A stretch of DNA of 64,000 nt, taken from NCBI GenBank assembly GCA_002269645.1, contig NIVC01000536.1:248001-312000 (forward strand), given 5' to 3'. This stretch comes from Macrostomum lignano (taxonomy: Eukaryota). Under the pieces are notes generated by a model. It saw only the letters and a program-made list of their open reading frames with translations. It searched no databases and had not been told where the DNA came from. This document shows, in pieces, positions 63,391 to 64,000 of the stretch; within the stretch, counting starts at the first letter, position 1, and every line of letters starts with the position of its first letter. A program made the translations under genes and the position numbers.

Positions 63391-64000
63391 TGTTCACTCC
63401 ACTCAGCATGCAAGAAAAGGCACATTTGTAAGCAAGAAATAGACCAGGTTACCCATAAAATTTTAGCCCTAAGCCCGCAATTAAATTCAGTAAAATATAA
63501 AAAAGTCCATTTCAAAGGTCCATTGGGTACTTGGTCTGAGACTAGCAGGCAGCCAATGCAGAGCTTAGGGGAACAAAACTTGCGCACCAAGATGGCGGTG
63601 GGCGGCTTAGTGTCTGCGGTCTGGTCTACGATAGTAATAAATTGAAATATTCCTACTAAAGTACTGCTTTGCGCTGCGGCGTTGGCTTTTCAGGCTGCGC
63701 TATTTAGCGGGAGAGACAGTGCGACTGCACCAATACCGTAGCATGCACTGGGCACCATTCATCCCAAGATCAAATGCGTTTCTACCGATATAAAAATTTC
63801 CCCCAAAGAGATTCAACTTGACTTTTAGTTTATGTGCCGACTCTCTTTCTTCTCCGTCGTTGATCGCTTCACCGAACCGAGTCCGCTGCGCAGATCCGGG
63901 CATTTCCTGTGCGCCGCTCCACTCCGGAGCTGCCTTGGGTCTCGGGAATTGGAGTTGGGGAGCTTCCGTGCCTCTGCACCCGTGCGATTTGATGAAGAGT

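Overview
Eukaryotic (animal) genomic DNA with GC-rich exons and introns or spacers packed with tandem repeats. The style resembles the flatworm Macrostomum, but that is an inference from composition only. Three multi-exon genes were reconstructed by hand from splice sites and codon phases. (1) + strand, 9547-12542: a 2-exon, ~779-aa type II membrane neprilysin (M13)-like protein that has lost HExxH. (2) - strand, 23313-17385: a 5-exon, ~1013-aa LRR-Roc-COR (MFHAS1/MASL1-like Roco) protein whose G3 Asp is replaced by Glu. (3) - strand, 48049-28691: a ~11-exon, ~1300-aa ADAM with a dead zinc motif, a 1-bp frameshift in the disintegrin exon and a long low-complexity tail. A fourth, unrecognised + strand gene lies at 54425-56060. 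Mobile DNA includes an internally deleted mariner, a heavily decayed and almost CpG-free Harbinger remnant, a Merlin derivative (8-bp TSD), a MITE with a 9-bp TSD and a ~1-kb TIR element. More than 35 distinct mini/microsatellite arrays account for most long ORFs in the supplied track; those ORFs are artefacts. There is no CRISPR, rRNA or intact tRNA gene.
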